DNA from: Nitrospirota bacterium
Lineage (GTDB): Bacteria; Nitrospirota; UBA9217
NCBI GenBank assembly: GCA_963737155.1
Contig: CAVTRN010000002.1
Coordinates: 448,001-512,000 of the forward strand
Direction: 5' to 3'
DNA length: 64,000 nucleotides
Part shown: piece by piece, positions 51,753-63,391 of the stretch
How positions within the stretch are numbered: position 1 is the first letter of the stretch
How the letters are laid out: each line of letters begins with the position of its first letter
Notes under the pieces: model-generated
Databases searched by the model: none
The model's input: only the letters and a program-made list of their open reading frames with translations
What the model was told of the DNA's origin: nothing
Program-made: the position numbers and the translations under genes

Positions 51753-54700
51753 ATGAAAAAGGTTTTAAAACAAATGAAGCTGATATCAACGAATGATGTA
51801 GGGGCCGGAGAAGAGATACCCCACAATCTTGGAAAGAACATCTCGATGCTGCAGTTGCTCACTGGTGCCGGGCGCCATCAACTGTTGGAAGATTGGAACA
51901 ATAACTCAGTGGCATATCCTGCGAAGGATCTCTGTTTGCACCAGTTGTTTGAAGAGCAGGTTGTGCGAACTCCCGATCAGGCGGCTTTGGCGTTCGAGAA
52001 AGAAAAATTGACCTATAGCGAACTTAACCGTCGCGCTGACCGACTCGCATATCATCTAAAGGGACTGGGGATTGGGCCGGATGTGGTTGTAGGGCTTTTC
52101 ATTGAGCGCTCACTGGAAATGATTGTAGGGATTTTTGGTATTCTAAAGGCAGGGGCAGCTTATGTCCCCATTGATGCCGCATATCCTCAAGAGCGTATCG
52201 GATTCATGCTAAAAGATGCCAAAGTTACATTGTTGCTCACGCAAACCAGCCTTTTGGCAAATCTGATAACTGATGTTGCGCAGACTGTATGTCTGGATTC
52301 GTTCGACTGGAATTGTCCGATAGACTTGATGCACAGTAATGCGCGCGTTGAACCAGAAAGCCTCGCCTATGTGATTTATACGAGTGGTTCCACGGGCCGC
52401 CCGAAAGGTGTCTGCATCGAACATAGAAACATCGTCAATTACGTTTTGGGCATTGCAGAACGGCTGCAACTTAAGCCCGGCATGAATCACGCGATGGTGT
52501 CGACGATTGCCGCCGACTTGGGTAATACGGTGATTTTCCCGGCATTGGTTACAGGCGGATGCTTGCATATCATCTCTCAGAAACGGGTTGAGAACCAAGA
52601 GATGCTATCTGACTACTTCAGCAAAGAAAAAATCGATGTTTTAAAAATCGTACCCTCACATCTATCAGCATTGCAGACTGGGAAAAATCCCGAACGAGTT
52701 ATGCCCCGCAGTTGTTTGATATTAGGGGGCGAGTCCTCGCGACTGGATTGGATCCGGCGATTACGTGCCTTGTCACCGAACTGCGAGATATATAACCACT
52801 ATGGTCCTACGGAAACTACAGTGGGCGTGTTGACTTATCATGTCGAATCGCAATTACCCAGTACACAGTCTGACACGCTTCCTTTGGGTAGACCTCTACC
52901 GAATAGCCGCATTTATGTACTCGATGGAAGGGGACAGCCTGTGCCTATCGGAGAGCAGGGCGAGCTTTATATCGGTGGTAACGGCATAGCCCGTGGCTAT
53001 CTCGGCCGTCCAGATCTAACCGCAGAGAAATTTGTTCCAGATCCATTCAGTTCGGACCGTGGCGGACGCATGTATAAAACCGGCGATCTTGCGCGTTGCC
53101 TGCAGGATGGCAACATCGAGTTTTGCGGTCGGATTGACCACCAGGTCAAGATACACGGCTACCGAATTGAACTCGGCGAAATTGAGGGTGCATTGCACAA
53201 GCACGGTGGTGTACGGGACGCTGTGGTGGTGGCGAGTGAAGATGAGTCCGGTAGTAAGCAGTTGGTCGCTTATGTGGTGCCGAAACGGGGAAAGCAACCG
53301 CTTTGGGGAATCAAAGCGCTTTATGTATTGCCCGATGGCTCACCGGTGGCACATCTGAACAAGAACGAGACGGACTATATCTACAACGAAATATTCACTC
53401 TGCAAGCATATCTCCGACACGGAATTACTATAAATGACGGCGACTGCATTCTAGATGCGGGTTCCAATATTGGGCTGTTTACCGTTTTTGCCAGCAGGCT
53501 GGCCCGGGGGCTGAGGATTATTTCCTGTGAGCCCAACCCTGCCGCATTTGCTTGCCTGCAGGTCAACGCCGAAGCGTGGGGCACAGGGGTGAAATGTTTG
53601 CCATTTGGCCTCTCAAGCGAGAATAAGTCAGCGGACTTGACATTTTTCGAAGGTTTATCACTCTTATCGGGGTTCTACGCTGACGCAGTGACAGAACGCG
53701 AGGTAGTCAAGAACTATGTGTTTAATCAGGAGTTGGAGTTTCAGAACAATGAGCAGTTGGCTGCAGAAATCGGAGAATTGATCGATGACCGGCTCCATGC
53801 AAAGACGGTATCCGCTAAACTGAGAACGCTATCCAGCGTTATTGCCGAGGAAGGCATTGACCGTATTGATTTGCTCAAGATCAATGTAGAAAAAAGCGAG
53901 CTGGATGTATTGGTCGGACTCAGCCCAGGTGATTGGCCCAAGATTCGTCAGTTAGTCATTGAGGTGGATCTGGAAGAAAACGTGAAGCCTATTATCGCCT
54001 TGCTGGAGCGATATGGATTTGAAGTTCTCGTCGAACAGGATCCGCTGCTGAGAAGAACCGAACTGTGTTACGTGTATGCAATTCGACAATCGGCGGCGAG
54101 ATCCGGTCTCATAGCGCAACAGCCCGCCGATGCGCACATCCGCTCACTTCCATCCGCGGACGAAAAGATATTGACATCCACGACACTACGAAAATATTTG
54201 AAAGATAGGCTGCCTCAGTACATGATTCCGTCGGCGTTCGTTCTAATGGACAAGTTTCCGCTAACGTCAAATGGCAAAATTGATCGTCAAGCGCTACCAA
54301 CTTTATCTCACGAGAAGCTACAATCCAGGCAGGATCGTGAGACCACGCACTGAGACCGAGAAGACCCTCGTTGCCATTTGGTCCGAATTGCTAAAAGTGG
54401 AGAACATCGGGATCAACAACAGTTTTTTTGATTTGGGCGGGCATTCATTACTGGCAATTAAGGTTGTATCGCGTATCCGCGATGTTTTCGGTATAGACCT
54501 GCCGATCCAGACGGTGTTTGAAAATCCTACCGTTGCTGAATTGGCTAATTTCTTGACAGAATTCGAGGGTACATGCGGAAGCATTCAACGGATCGAAGAG
54601 ACGCTCGACCAGCATCCAGCAGTCCGAAAAGGGGTTGCAGTAGTTACGGGAGATGCTGCCGGGGGCAAACAGTTGGTGGCTTATATAGTCCCGAATGATG

Positions 54701-55173
54701 GACAGACTGTTCCCGTGAGCGGATTGCGTGATTATTTGAGAGCAAAAATGCCGGATAATATGGTGCCAAATGCTTTTGTGATATTGGAAAAGCTTCCCTT
54801 AACACAAAGCGGTAAGATAGATCGCCTTTCCCTACCTTTACCAATTGATCTACGGCCGGAATCAGGAACCTCTCAATTAGCGGCACGAACGGAGATAGAG
54901 CGCACCATCACGAGCATCTGGCAGACAGTGCTTAAATCAGAAAAGGTTGATGTTAACGATGATTTTTTTGAGTTAGGCGGTAGTTTACTAAGTAGCGCAA
55001 ATTTAATGGCAAAAATTAATCAGACTTTCAAATTAAAACTTCATTTAAGTGCAATCTTTCAGGAACGAACAGTGTCTAAATTAGCTTTGCTAGTCGAAAA
55101 ATCGAAAGCTTATAGTGCTGAATTTACAAATCCTAAAAAAGAAGGCTCATGGCGACTTGGTGGGGGTAAATGA
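51753..55173 (+). pseudogene. NRPS (A domain interrupted by FkbM methyltransferase-PCP-Asub-PCP), frameshifted near 54330
   Basis: YTSGSTGRPKG, YGPTE, YKTGDL, DAGSNIG and LLKINVEKSE; NGKIDR; the next frame resumes PRTETEKTL..FFDLGGHSL; no C or TE domain. Confidence 0.82.
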
Positions 55174-55301
55174 CCATGGAGGGAAGCATTAAATCCAGGG
55201 AGCGCATGCCTGAATTATTTTTAAATCCAAATAGTCATTAACCCGATAGCCTTAAGCATGACGTATTGCATTCCTTGAATTAGCCGTGTGTAGTTGTCCC
55301 T

Positions 55302-56093
55302 CTAAAACGCGCTCTTTATGACACCACCATCAACCCGCAAAGCGGCTCCTGTTGTTGCCGACGCGAGCGGACTGGCAATATAAGCCACAAGCGAAGCAAC
55401 CTCTTCGGGCATTGCAAATCGTTTGATGAGCGAGGTTGGACGAACCTTCACGAAGAATTCCTTCTCAAACTGGTCAAATGATCTTCCACTGGCTCTTGCA
55501 AGTGCATTGACGAAATCAACGACGCCGCGAGATTTTGTGGGGCCCGGCAGAATGCTGTTCACGGTAATGCCGGTGCCGGCAACGGATTCGGCCAGGCCGC
55601 GCGACACCGCAAGCAATGCCGTTTTCGTCATGCCGTAATGGATCATTTCGGATGGAATTTGTACCGCACTTTCGCTGGAGATGAAGATGATGCGCCCCCA
55701 ATTGGCTTGTTTCATGGCGGGCAGGAAAAGGCGGGCAAGGCGTACACCGCTCAGGACATTTACCTCAAAGAATCTCATCCAGTCGCTATCGGGAATCTCC
55801 TCAAATGGTTTCGGTTCAAAAATGCCGAGATTGTTAACCAGAATTTCGACACCAGGATGTTGCCGAGCGAGTTCCTCCGCTGAAACCGCTGCACTCAGAT
55901 CGCCTGCAAATCCCTGCAAGGAACCGCCGGTTGCAGATTCAATCTTTTTCACCACATCTTCGACCGATTTTTGTGAGCGACCGTTGATGATGACCCGTGC
56001 CCCTTCGCGCGCAAGCGCCGTGGCAATAGCCAAACCGATGCCTGCTGTACTCCCACTAACCAGAGCGAGCTTGCCTTTCAGATCAAGATCCAT
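55302..56093 (-). CDS. Short-chain dehydrogenase/reductase
   Basis: SGSTAGIG, VNNLG and YGMTK. Confidence 0.92.
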   Translation of the reverse strand: MDLDLKGKLALVSGSTAGIGLAIATALAREGARVIINGRSQKSVEDVVKKIESATGGSLQGFAGDLSAAVSAEELARQHPGVEILVNNLGIFEPKPFEEIPDSDWMRFFEVNVLSGVRLARLFLPAMKQANWGRIIFISSESAVQIPSEMIHYGMTKTALLAVSRGLAESVAGTGITVNSILPGPTKSRGVVDFVNALARASGRSFDQFEKEFFVKVRPTSLIKRFAMPEEVASLVAYIASPLASATTGAALRVDGGVIKSAF

Positions 56094-56311
56094 AGGTTTT
56101 TCCTTTCAATGAAGCCATGTCCAAAAATCAAACGAACGCATTTCGTAAGTTTCTGGATTGCAAAGAATGAAAACCTCAAGAGATTCAAAAGAATAGAGCG
56201 AATTAGAGCGAAACACGTTCATTTGTTGGTTTTGATTTTAGTTCAGCACCTTGCGATCATTAAAGCGACCCCGCAACCACTCAGACAACAGTAAAAGTAT
56301 GATTTACGGAT

Positions 56312-56776
56312 CTAGATGTTTCGCTTTTTTGGCCTGATATAAATGACTTTTTCAACCGATGCGTGGACAATCCCTTTTTTATCCGTTAGTTCGACCTGGT
56401 ATGTTCTATCTATCGAACGATTTTCCACCAAGTCTTTCCGGATGGCCTCGATGTCCTGATACCCCAACTCGAATCTCGCGAAAAGTGTCGTCCGACCGGG
56501 TTTCTTGAAATTAATACAGGCTGACTTGTCCCAGACCACGTAATTAGGCCCTAGATTTTTTATCAGCATGAGCATGTAGACCGGGTCGACTGCCGCGTAC
56601 ATGCTTCCACCGAAGATGGTGCCTACGTAGTTCCGCGTCTGCCAGGTCAGCGGAAGTTTGACGTGGACCTCGCGAAAATCTCGAGAGATATAAGTGATAC
56701 GCGCGCCCGTTGCGCAATAGGCTGGAAATAGGTTGAAGCCCCACCGGTAAAGTCTTGATCGCAGAGATTCATCCAT
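56312..56776 (-). CDS. DUF4442 / PaaI-like hotdog thioesterase
   Basis: RNYVGTIFGGSMYAAVDP and VWDKSACINFKKPG. Confidence 0.88.
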   Translation of the reverse strand: MDESLRSRLYRWGFNLFPAYCATGARITYISRDFREVHVKLPLTWQTRNYVGTIFGGSMYAAVDPVYMLMLIKNLGPNYVVWDKSACINFKKPGRTTLFARFELGYQDIEAIRKDLVENRSIDRTYQVELTDKKGIVHASVEKVIYIRPKKRNI

Positions 56777-56810
56777 GAGGCAAAATCCTCTAATAACGTT
56801 CTATGCGCGT

Positions 56811-57065
56811 TCAACTCGTTTCGGCGAAGTCAACGTTTGTTTTATCCGCGAGTATCTAAGAAACGAGGATATCGCGCTTATTGCGGAGGACCTCGGCGGT
56901 GAGTCCATGCGGGCCATCCATTTTATGCCCAAAGATTATTCGGTCCGTTTGAAAAGAATTTGGAAAACATTAACATCTACCATCAGCCAAGATAAACGGC
57001 GGTCCTGGAAAATAAGTATTGAGGCCCAGGTAAGCTCAAAGCAGTCAGTGGACATCGGTGAGTAG
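56811..57065 (+). pseudogene. cheD: CheD C-terminal fragment
   Basis: FGEVNVCFIREYLRNEDIALIAEDLGG matches the CheD C-terminal half; the catalytic N-terminus is absent. Confidence 0.6.
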
Positions 57066-57316
57066 TTTAAGCAGGAGATTGGAAAAGGCCACTGCCGAGA
57101 AAATCTCTCCTTCTTATGTGCTGAGCGGGTATCGCGGCTCTATCACTAGTGTTTTGTTTTCCCCTTTTTCATACTCTTCGTCGGTTAAAGGGCGCGACAT
57201 CCCTCCTTAAGAAATCCTATATTCCGAATCCCGACGAGGTTGTAAAACCAAAGCAGTAAGGATTATGTGCCAGCATAGGTCGTTTACCCCGGAAACGCCC
57301 CAAGGATCTTAAACTT

Positions 57317-58231
57317 TCATGTCTTTTTGTGTTTGATAAACGTTCCGTTCTGATACTCTTCGAACGCCAGCTGCAGCTCTTCATCAGTGTTCATCACGAT
57401 CGGGCCATACCAGGCCACGGGTTCGCCGATGGGTTTTCCCGATATGAGCAGAAAGCGCACAGGTAAGTCCTGAGCCGAAACAGTCACCTGATCGCCATCT
57501 CCGAAGAGTACTGCCATTCCGTTGTGAATGTAGAAATCGCGCTCCATGTCGAAATAGTTCACTCCCTCGAAATCGTAGGCATAGGGGTTCTTCTCATTAC
57601 AGAAAACACCTTTGCCGCCGATCACGTAAGCGAAGACCGTATGGCCGCGCGGGGTCCTATGTACAAACTCGGAAAGGGCCGGGACGGTGACATCGAGATA
57701 CTCGGGCTCGATGACAATGTCTCTGACTGGGCCGAGTTTTCCCTCAGCAGTCCCGCAGATGACCTTGACCTTTGCGCCACTCTTCGTCACGACTTCCGGC
57801 ACCTGCGAACTCTTGATATCGCGGTAACGGGGATCCATCATCTTGTGGGATTTGGGGAGGTTGGCCCAAAGCTGAAATCCGTCCATTACGCCTTCGTTGT
57901 CTCCCTTAGGCATCTCCTGATGGATGATGCCGCTCCCCGCAGTCATCCATTGCATATCACCCGATGTAATGATGCCTTTGTTTCCCATGCTGTCGCCATG
58001 CGCGACATCGCCTTTCAGGACATAAGTAATCGTTTCGATGCCCCGATGAGGGTGCCAGGGAAAGCCTTTGATGTATTGGTAGGGATCGGTGTTGCGAAAA
58101 TCGTCGAGAAGCAAGAACGGATCGAAGAGCGGAACCTCGCTGTTTCCAAAAACCCGCCTGAGATGGACCCCCGCTCCTTCGATGGTGGGTTTACTTTTGA
58201 ATACTTTTCTAATCTTTCTATTTTGCGGCAT
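57317..58231 (-). CDS. Pirin-family protein
   Basis: HPHRGIET, WMTAGSGIIHQE and YGPIVMN. Confidence 0.93.
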   Translation of the reverse strand: MPQNRKIRKVFKSKPTIEGAGVHLRRVFGNSEVPLFDPFLLLDDFRNTDPYQYIKGFPWHPHRGIETITYVLKGDVAHGDSMGNKGIITSGDMQWMTAGSGIIHQEMPKGDNEGVMDGFQLWANLPKSHKMMDPRYRDIKSSQVPEVVTKSGAKVKVICGTAEGKLGPVRDIVIEPEYLDVTVPALSEFVHRTPRGHTVFAYVIGGKGVFCNEKNPYAYDFEGVNYFDMERDFYIHNGMAVLFGDGDQVTVSAQDLPVRFLLISGKPIGEPVAWYGPIVMNTDEELQLAFEEYQNGTFIKHKKT

Positions 58232-58399
58232 TTGCAGCCCTCCTTTTTTTGAAAGAGTCCTAGTGAACCAGGCAATAGGGAAGATCCCTCCTTATAAGCA
58301 AAAAGAATGGATTCGAGAGGCACTGGTTTGTCCTCAGAGGAGTGCCGTCAGTGCCAGGAAATATCATGATGAAAAAGCGTCGGCATACGCCGCTCGGCA

Positions 58400-58756
58400 A
58401 ACGAGAACTTCCTCCAACCACCGACGACTTGTACCACCGGGGCGGAGGAGTACGGCGAGCCTGTTCTTTCAGCATCTAAATCGTCAATGCAAGCGATGGT
58501 TCACGTCCCAACGCGATTCCTTGTTAAAGTTGAGTCCGCCCTTAATGACGTGGAGGTGAGAATCGTTGAACTCCGGGATGACTCGCCGCCCGTTAAGATC
58601 GACACGCTTCGGTTCGCTATCGGCAGTTGCGAGAAGTTCATCTCCGCCTCTTGCGACAATGCGGTTTTCCAAAATGGCAAATGCCGAAACCTGGGGATGG
58701 GCATCACCGAGGGCTGTAATTGCTCCATTATACAGAACCAGTTCTGGTGCGTTCAT
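58400..58756 (-). pseudogene. Amidohydrolase (YtcJ-like) 5' remnant
   Basis: VDLNGRRVIPEFNDSHLH, then after a frameshift LKEQARRTPPPRW; truncated. Confidence 0.75.
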
Positions 58757-59154
58757 AGCTTATTCTCCATTGAAGAACGTTGCAGGCAAGGGGAGAAAAT
58801 ACTAACCGGCGCCGACTGCCCATGTGAGAACAATTATTTTGCAAACAGCCACCTAAAAACACTAGTAGTGCCAGAGGACGGCTATCCTAGCCTTTCCAGT
58901 ACAAGCCTTTCGACTAAGTATATCAAACCCAGAGGTTCGATGCGTTAAAGCCTGATTTCGAATTCTACCAAACAAGCCAACCGCCAAGTTGGGTCGCACG
59001 GTTTATCAAGTCAGTTTGATCCATTTGCAGATCTTACTTTTTTTATTGGCGTTGTTTCTTCACCCAAAAATCACAATTTGTAAGGCATTCGCCCACATAC
59101 CCCTTAAACCGATCTTGACAAGTACATATCTTTTGTTATATATTAAAAGAAGAT

Positions 59155-59697
59155 ATGAAAAACAAACCTTTAGACATCGCCCTAAGACTTTACGAGATTG
59201 CAGGCCCGATCTTCGTGTCCTTGAAAGAGGAGGTCAATCCCGCGAGCTATAAGGCGCGCTCTCATCCGGACGTTAAAGAGCTGACCTTTACCCAACTGCG
59301 GACTTTGCTTGCTATTCAGTATGGGAAAGACCAAGTAGGCAAACTGGCCCGAAGCGCTCGGGTCGCTCAACCTTCCATGTCCAAAATCGTTGATCATTTG
59401 ATCAGCCTCGATTTTGTCCGCCGTGATCCTCATCCCACTGATCGAAGGCAGATAAAACTGAGCTTGACTCCGAAGGGCACTTCCAACACGGAGCGTGTTT
59501 GCCTGAAGGCGGCAGAGAAGTATGTGGACGCGATAAAAAATCTTTCCACAAGTGATCAGAAAAAATTGCTCGATGGCATCGCCGTGATTCTCGATGTCAT
59601 CGAAAAAACAAGAAAGGACATGAAACTTGATCCGAAAAGACGCTTTGCTGACTCTCGATTTCCAAAAAGATATTTTCGGCTTTGTCCCCGGTTCTGA
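59155..59697 (+). CDS. MarR-family regulator (C-terminus reads into the next gene)
   Basis: LTFTQLRTL..SKIVDHL..DRRQIKLSLTPKG. Confidence 0.85.
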   Translation: MKNKPLDIALRLYEIAGPIFVSLKEEVNPASYKARSHPDVKELTFTQLRTLLAIQYGKDQVGKLARSARVAQPSMSKIVDHLISLDFVRRDPHPTDRRQIKLSLTPKGTSNTERVCLKAAEKYVDAIKNLSTSDQKKLLDGIAVILDVIEKTRKDMKLDPKRRFADSRFPKRYFRLCPRF

Positions 59698-60187
59698 TGC
59701 AATCATCCCAAAGGCATCCAAAGCCGTGGAATTTGCCCGGAAGAAACAATTTCAAATTATCCACGTGGGACTTGGATTTTCCGAAGGCCATCCTGAAGTT
59801 CCAGATACTGACTCCCCATTTAAGAGGGTGAAGCAAAACAATCTCTTCGTAAAGGGCACCCCATCCGCCGAATTCCACAGCTCTATCGTTCGCCCCGAAG
59901 AGCTGGTGGTCTATAAGCAACGAATAGGTGCATTTTCGGAGAACCAACTCTATTTGATTCTTCGCTCTCGTGGCATTGAGAACTTGGTGCTCTTCGGAAT
60001 TTCGACGAGTGGTATTACTCTTTCCACACTAAGGCGGACATTCGACCTGGATTTCCGATGCGTCGTTATCAAGGACGCCTGTTTCGACGCCGATCAGGAA
60101 GTTCACCGTGTTCTCACCGAGAAGATTTTCCCGACACAAGCAACGGTCCTCACTGTGGATGCCTTCATTGCAGAGCAGGGGGAATGA
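59620..60187 (+). CDS. Isochorismatase-family hydrolase (start likely frameshifted)
   Basis: ALLTLDFQ, YKQRIGAF and GISTSG..KDACFD; the RBS-backed ATG 59620 (MKLDPK) is out of frame with the body. Confidence 0.78.
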
Positions 60188-61468
60188 TTGAGTTCAGAAA
60201 ACTCCCAGGAAACATTGCAGCAATCTGAGGCAAATAACGCGGGGCTGCTCCCTTCCAAAGGATGGCATAAAACATTTTCCGCCTTGCGCAATACTAATTA
60301 CCGCTATTTTTATTCGGGACAAACCATTTCACTAATCGGCACGTGGACCCGCACCGCTGCCTTAGGCTGGGTTTCCTTTCAGTTCACCCATTCGGAATTT
60401 TTGCTGGGTATTGTTTTCATGCTCAATTCCCTTCCTATTTTCCTTTTCGCCGTTTATGCCGGTTCTTTGGCCGACCGTATTCCCAAAATCAGGATTTTTA
60501 CTTTGACTAGTTGGTTTTCGCTTCTGTCTTCATTGACTTTGGCCGTCATGTTGTTCCGTGGTCCCGTTCACATTGCATATCTAATGATCTTTTCCGCCCT
60601 TTGGGGGCTATCCACCACCTTTGAGATGCCGTCCCGGCAGACCCTCATGGTGGAATTGGTGGGCAAAAAAGATTTAGTGAACGCCATCGCGCTTAACAGC
60701 GCCATGGTGAATTCGACCCGGGTCATCGGTCCCGCTATTGGAGGTCTTTTACTGGCTTCCTTCGGGGCTGCCTGGTGCTTTCTTTTGGATGCCATGAGTT
60801 ATTTGGCGGTTCTTTACGCGATTCACAAAATCCAGCTTCCCGCATCGCACTACGCGCCCAAAAAGGTAAAAGCCGACTGGAAATATACTTTGGAAGGATT
60901 CAAATATTTAAAAACAAATTCCACCATAGCCCAGGCCGTAGCCCTGCTTTTCATCATGGGACTGGGAGGCTGGGCCTACCAATCCCAGCTATCCGCTTTC
61001 GTGGTAACCCAATTGCATATGGGCGCCCAAGGCTATGGCTGGCTTTTGGCCCTGAATGGCCTCGGCGCTTGTACCGCCGCTTTATTCGTCGCCGCCCGAG
61101 GATCTCGCATCGTCCGCGTTAAAACGCTTTATACCGGTGCGGGCATTTATGGAGCCTTCATCATTCTTTTCGGTTTCATGCATCAACCGGTCGGCGCGGC
61201 CTTCCTTCTTTTCTTCGCTGGGTTCGGTATCATTTTATTTTATTCCATCGGAAATAGCATCATCCAAACCGAATCACCTGATCACCTGCGAGGAAGGCTG
61301 ATGGGTATTTGGGCCCTGGTCTTCGGCGGGAGCATGCCCATCGGAAGCTTTTGGATGGGCGTCGTTGCCCAAAGGGTGGGTTCGGGACATGCCTTGCAGG
61401 CGGGCGGCCTTTTCTGCGCTCTGGGGGCTTCCGCCGTCTATTATCTGGGCCGCAAAAATCGGTGTTAA
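60188..61468 (+). CDS. MFS transporter (MFS_3/H+ antiporter-like)
   Basis: About 12 TM helices; AGSLADR, NAIALNS and PDHLRGRLMG. Confidence 0.9.
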   Translation: MSSENSQETLQQSEANNAGLLPSKGWHKTFSALRNTNYRYFYSGQTISLIGTWTRTAALGWVSFQFTHSEFLLGIVFMLNSLPIFLFAVYAGSLADRIPKIRIFTLTSWFSLLSSLTLAVMLFRGPVHIAYLMIFSALWGLSTTFEMPSRQTLMVELVGKKDLVNAIALNSAMVNSTRVIGPAIGGLLLASFGAAWCFLLDAMSYLAVLYAIHKIQLPASHYAPKKVKADWKYTLEGFKYLKTNSTIAQAVALLFIMGLGGWAYQSQLSAFVVTQLHMGAQGYGWLLALNGLGACTAALFVAARGSRIVRVKTLYTGAGIYGAFIILFGFMHQPVGAAFLLFFAGFGIILFYSIGNSIIQTESPDHLRGRLMGIWALVFGGSMPIGSFWMGVVAQRVGSGHALQAGGLFCALGASAVYYLGRKNRC

Positions 61469-61790
61469 CCGTTAGCATCCCATCTTCCTGATTCGAGTTT
61501 TCACGGGTTCCATTATTTCGGTCTCGGTGCTCGCCGCGAGTCTGTCGATGGCTGCTTTGCCCTGCGTAATGTTGTTTGCTCCTATGTTTGGTGCTATGTT
61601 GTCTTTTTGGTCGACACTGGATTTCTTCTGGTGGGAACTGTTCTCACCTTGTGCCACCGAGAACTTCCACTTTGCGAATTTAATAGGTCAGAACCTCTTG
61701 CCGAGTCTGGATTGAAAAGAGGAAAAGAATGAACACCAAGTGCGTAGCCAGTTTTTTGATCACACTAATCGACAAAAGGAGAAATTGACG

Positions 61791-62120
61791 ATGGAACGGC
61801 TTAACTACGTATCCTATTTTTTTGGTGGTGCTTTTCTCACAAATGCCATTCCTCACTTCGTAATCGGATTGATAAGGCGTCCTATCCAAGTCCATTTGCT
61901 AAACCGCCCGGGAAGCGGCTTTCCTCATCAACGGTGGATGTGCTTTGGGGATCGTTCAACATAGCAGTTGGCTACTCGCTCATATTTCGCATAGGAATCT
62001 TCGATCTGCGTTGCACGAGTCATGTCCTCGCTGCGGGACCGGGTGCGTTACTTATGTCGGTGCTGATGGCCCGCAATTTGGACAGTTTCACGGAGGCAAT
62101 TCTCCTGGCTCTCGCTAATA
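61791..62120 (+). pseudogene. Small membrane protein, frameshifted
   Basis: RBS AGGAG; YFFGGAFLTNAIPHFV continues in other frames as VLWGSFNIAVGY..; pieces lie in different frames. Confidence 0.6.
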
Positions 62121-62239
62121 AAAACTTGCGGGCGAAAGGTCGGAATGAATCGGGTATACGAGCATATAAAAAAGATCTTGGAATGATTGAGGACTCACCA
62201 TGTGCTAGGTCGCTAAATCCAGCAGTGTTTCCCTGACAA

Positions 62240-62496
62240 CTTACCGTGAACGGGAATAAGGGTGCGCAATTCGTGGTGAGGATCTGATGAAGCTTGCAAA
62301 GTTTTTTGGAATTTGCGGTGATAGTTTTTCCGGACAGCCGGAAGCGATCAGCCTCAGTGTTGATCAACTTGTGTTGGGATATACGGCCGGAACAGGAGGA
62401 CTTCTTTTCTGATACCTTTACCTCCGTTATGGCCAGGTTCCTGATGCCCTCTTGTTCAAGCTAAGCCGTCCTGATGACGGCCGGTACCATTTTCAT
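62240..62496 (-). pseudogene. P-II-like protein remnant
   Basis: MKMVPAVIRT..LEQEGIRNLAITEVK resembles a P-II N-terminus; stop and frameshifts present. Confidence 0.5.
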
Positions 62497-62505
62497 GGCG
62501 TCATC

Positions 62506-62745
62506 TCAGCTCTTCTTGAGATCATCCCTCATTCGCTCAAATTCCTCCTTATTGATCTCTCCTTTAGCATATCTCCTCTTCAGAATGTCAAGGGGCGTTT
62601 CTTCCCCCTTTGGTTTTCCGGCACTGCGAATCATTTTTTGCACTAGATATACAATACCGAGAATTACCAGTACCCTGAAGAGAATAATGAATATCCAGCC
62701 GAACCCCATTCCCCATCCGTAATTACCCCAATAACCCCAGTGCAT
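62506..62745 (-). CDS. SHOCT-domain membrane protein
   Basis: RBS AGGAGG; GWGMGFGW TM segment; ETPLDILKRRYAKGEINKEEFE. Confidence 0.88.
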   Translation of the reverse strand: MHWGYWGNYGWGMGFGWIFIILFRVLVILGIVYLVQKMIRSAGKPKGEETPLDILKRRYAKGEINKEEFERMRDDLKKS

Positions 62746-63228
62746 GTTAGCCAACCTCCTTTCGCACATATCAGGAATACCGATTCTGCCGTGCCTAGTG
62801 CAGTCTGTAAATCATTTCTATTATAGCATTTCTAGTTTCGTCGTTTTTAATGTCCTACACATCTCGTGACAAACTTACACGGCTGAAGCCTGTACTTCGA
62901 TATATGAAAGATATGCTACTGCAAAGAATGCTCGATCGCATCCCGTCTCTCCCAGTATGTGCTTCCCTCTCTGCTTGCGCAAGTCCGACGGGTAGTGTGG
63001 ATACCGAGGGCTCGGCAAGGTTTCTACCGAATAGATCGGGTAGTAGTGTTTATTTATCGATAGCTATCCCAAGGCAAATGCATAGAACCAAACCTTGAGT
63101 AGCCCACCCCAAATTGTTGCCAGGATTCATCAATGCAAATAAGCAAAAGATATTCGTGATAAAGTAATGATCTCAGGTCATTACGGCAAATATATAAAGT
63201 TTATTGCGAAAGAAATGTGCCAGAATAT

Positions 63229-63267
63229 TTAACACAATTTTTACATTACTTTAACAATAATGTAACA
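63229..63267 (+). promoter_or_regulatory. Pho-box-like array (OmpR/PhoB-family sites)
   Basis: TTAACA (63229), TTTACA (63240), TTAACA (63251) and GTAACA (63262), exactly 11 bp apart. Confidence 0.65.
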
Positions 63268-63391
63268 AGTGCGCCGCATAATGTTTTCCTAACATTGTAT
63301 TCGTCGACTGCTGTCAGTACAACATTACATGCTAAAGAATGAAACCAGTTTGCGGCAAGGGTGTAGGGCATCCCTGGAAGAAATGCGGGGC

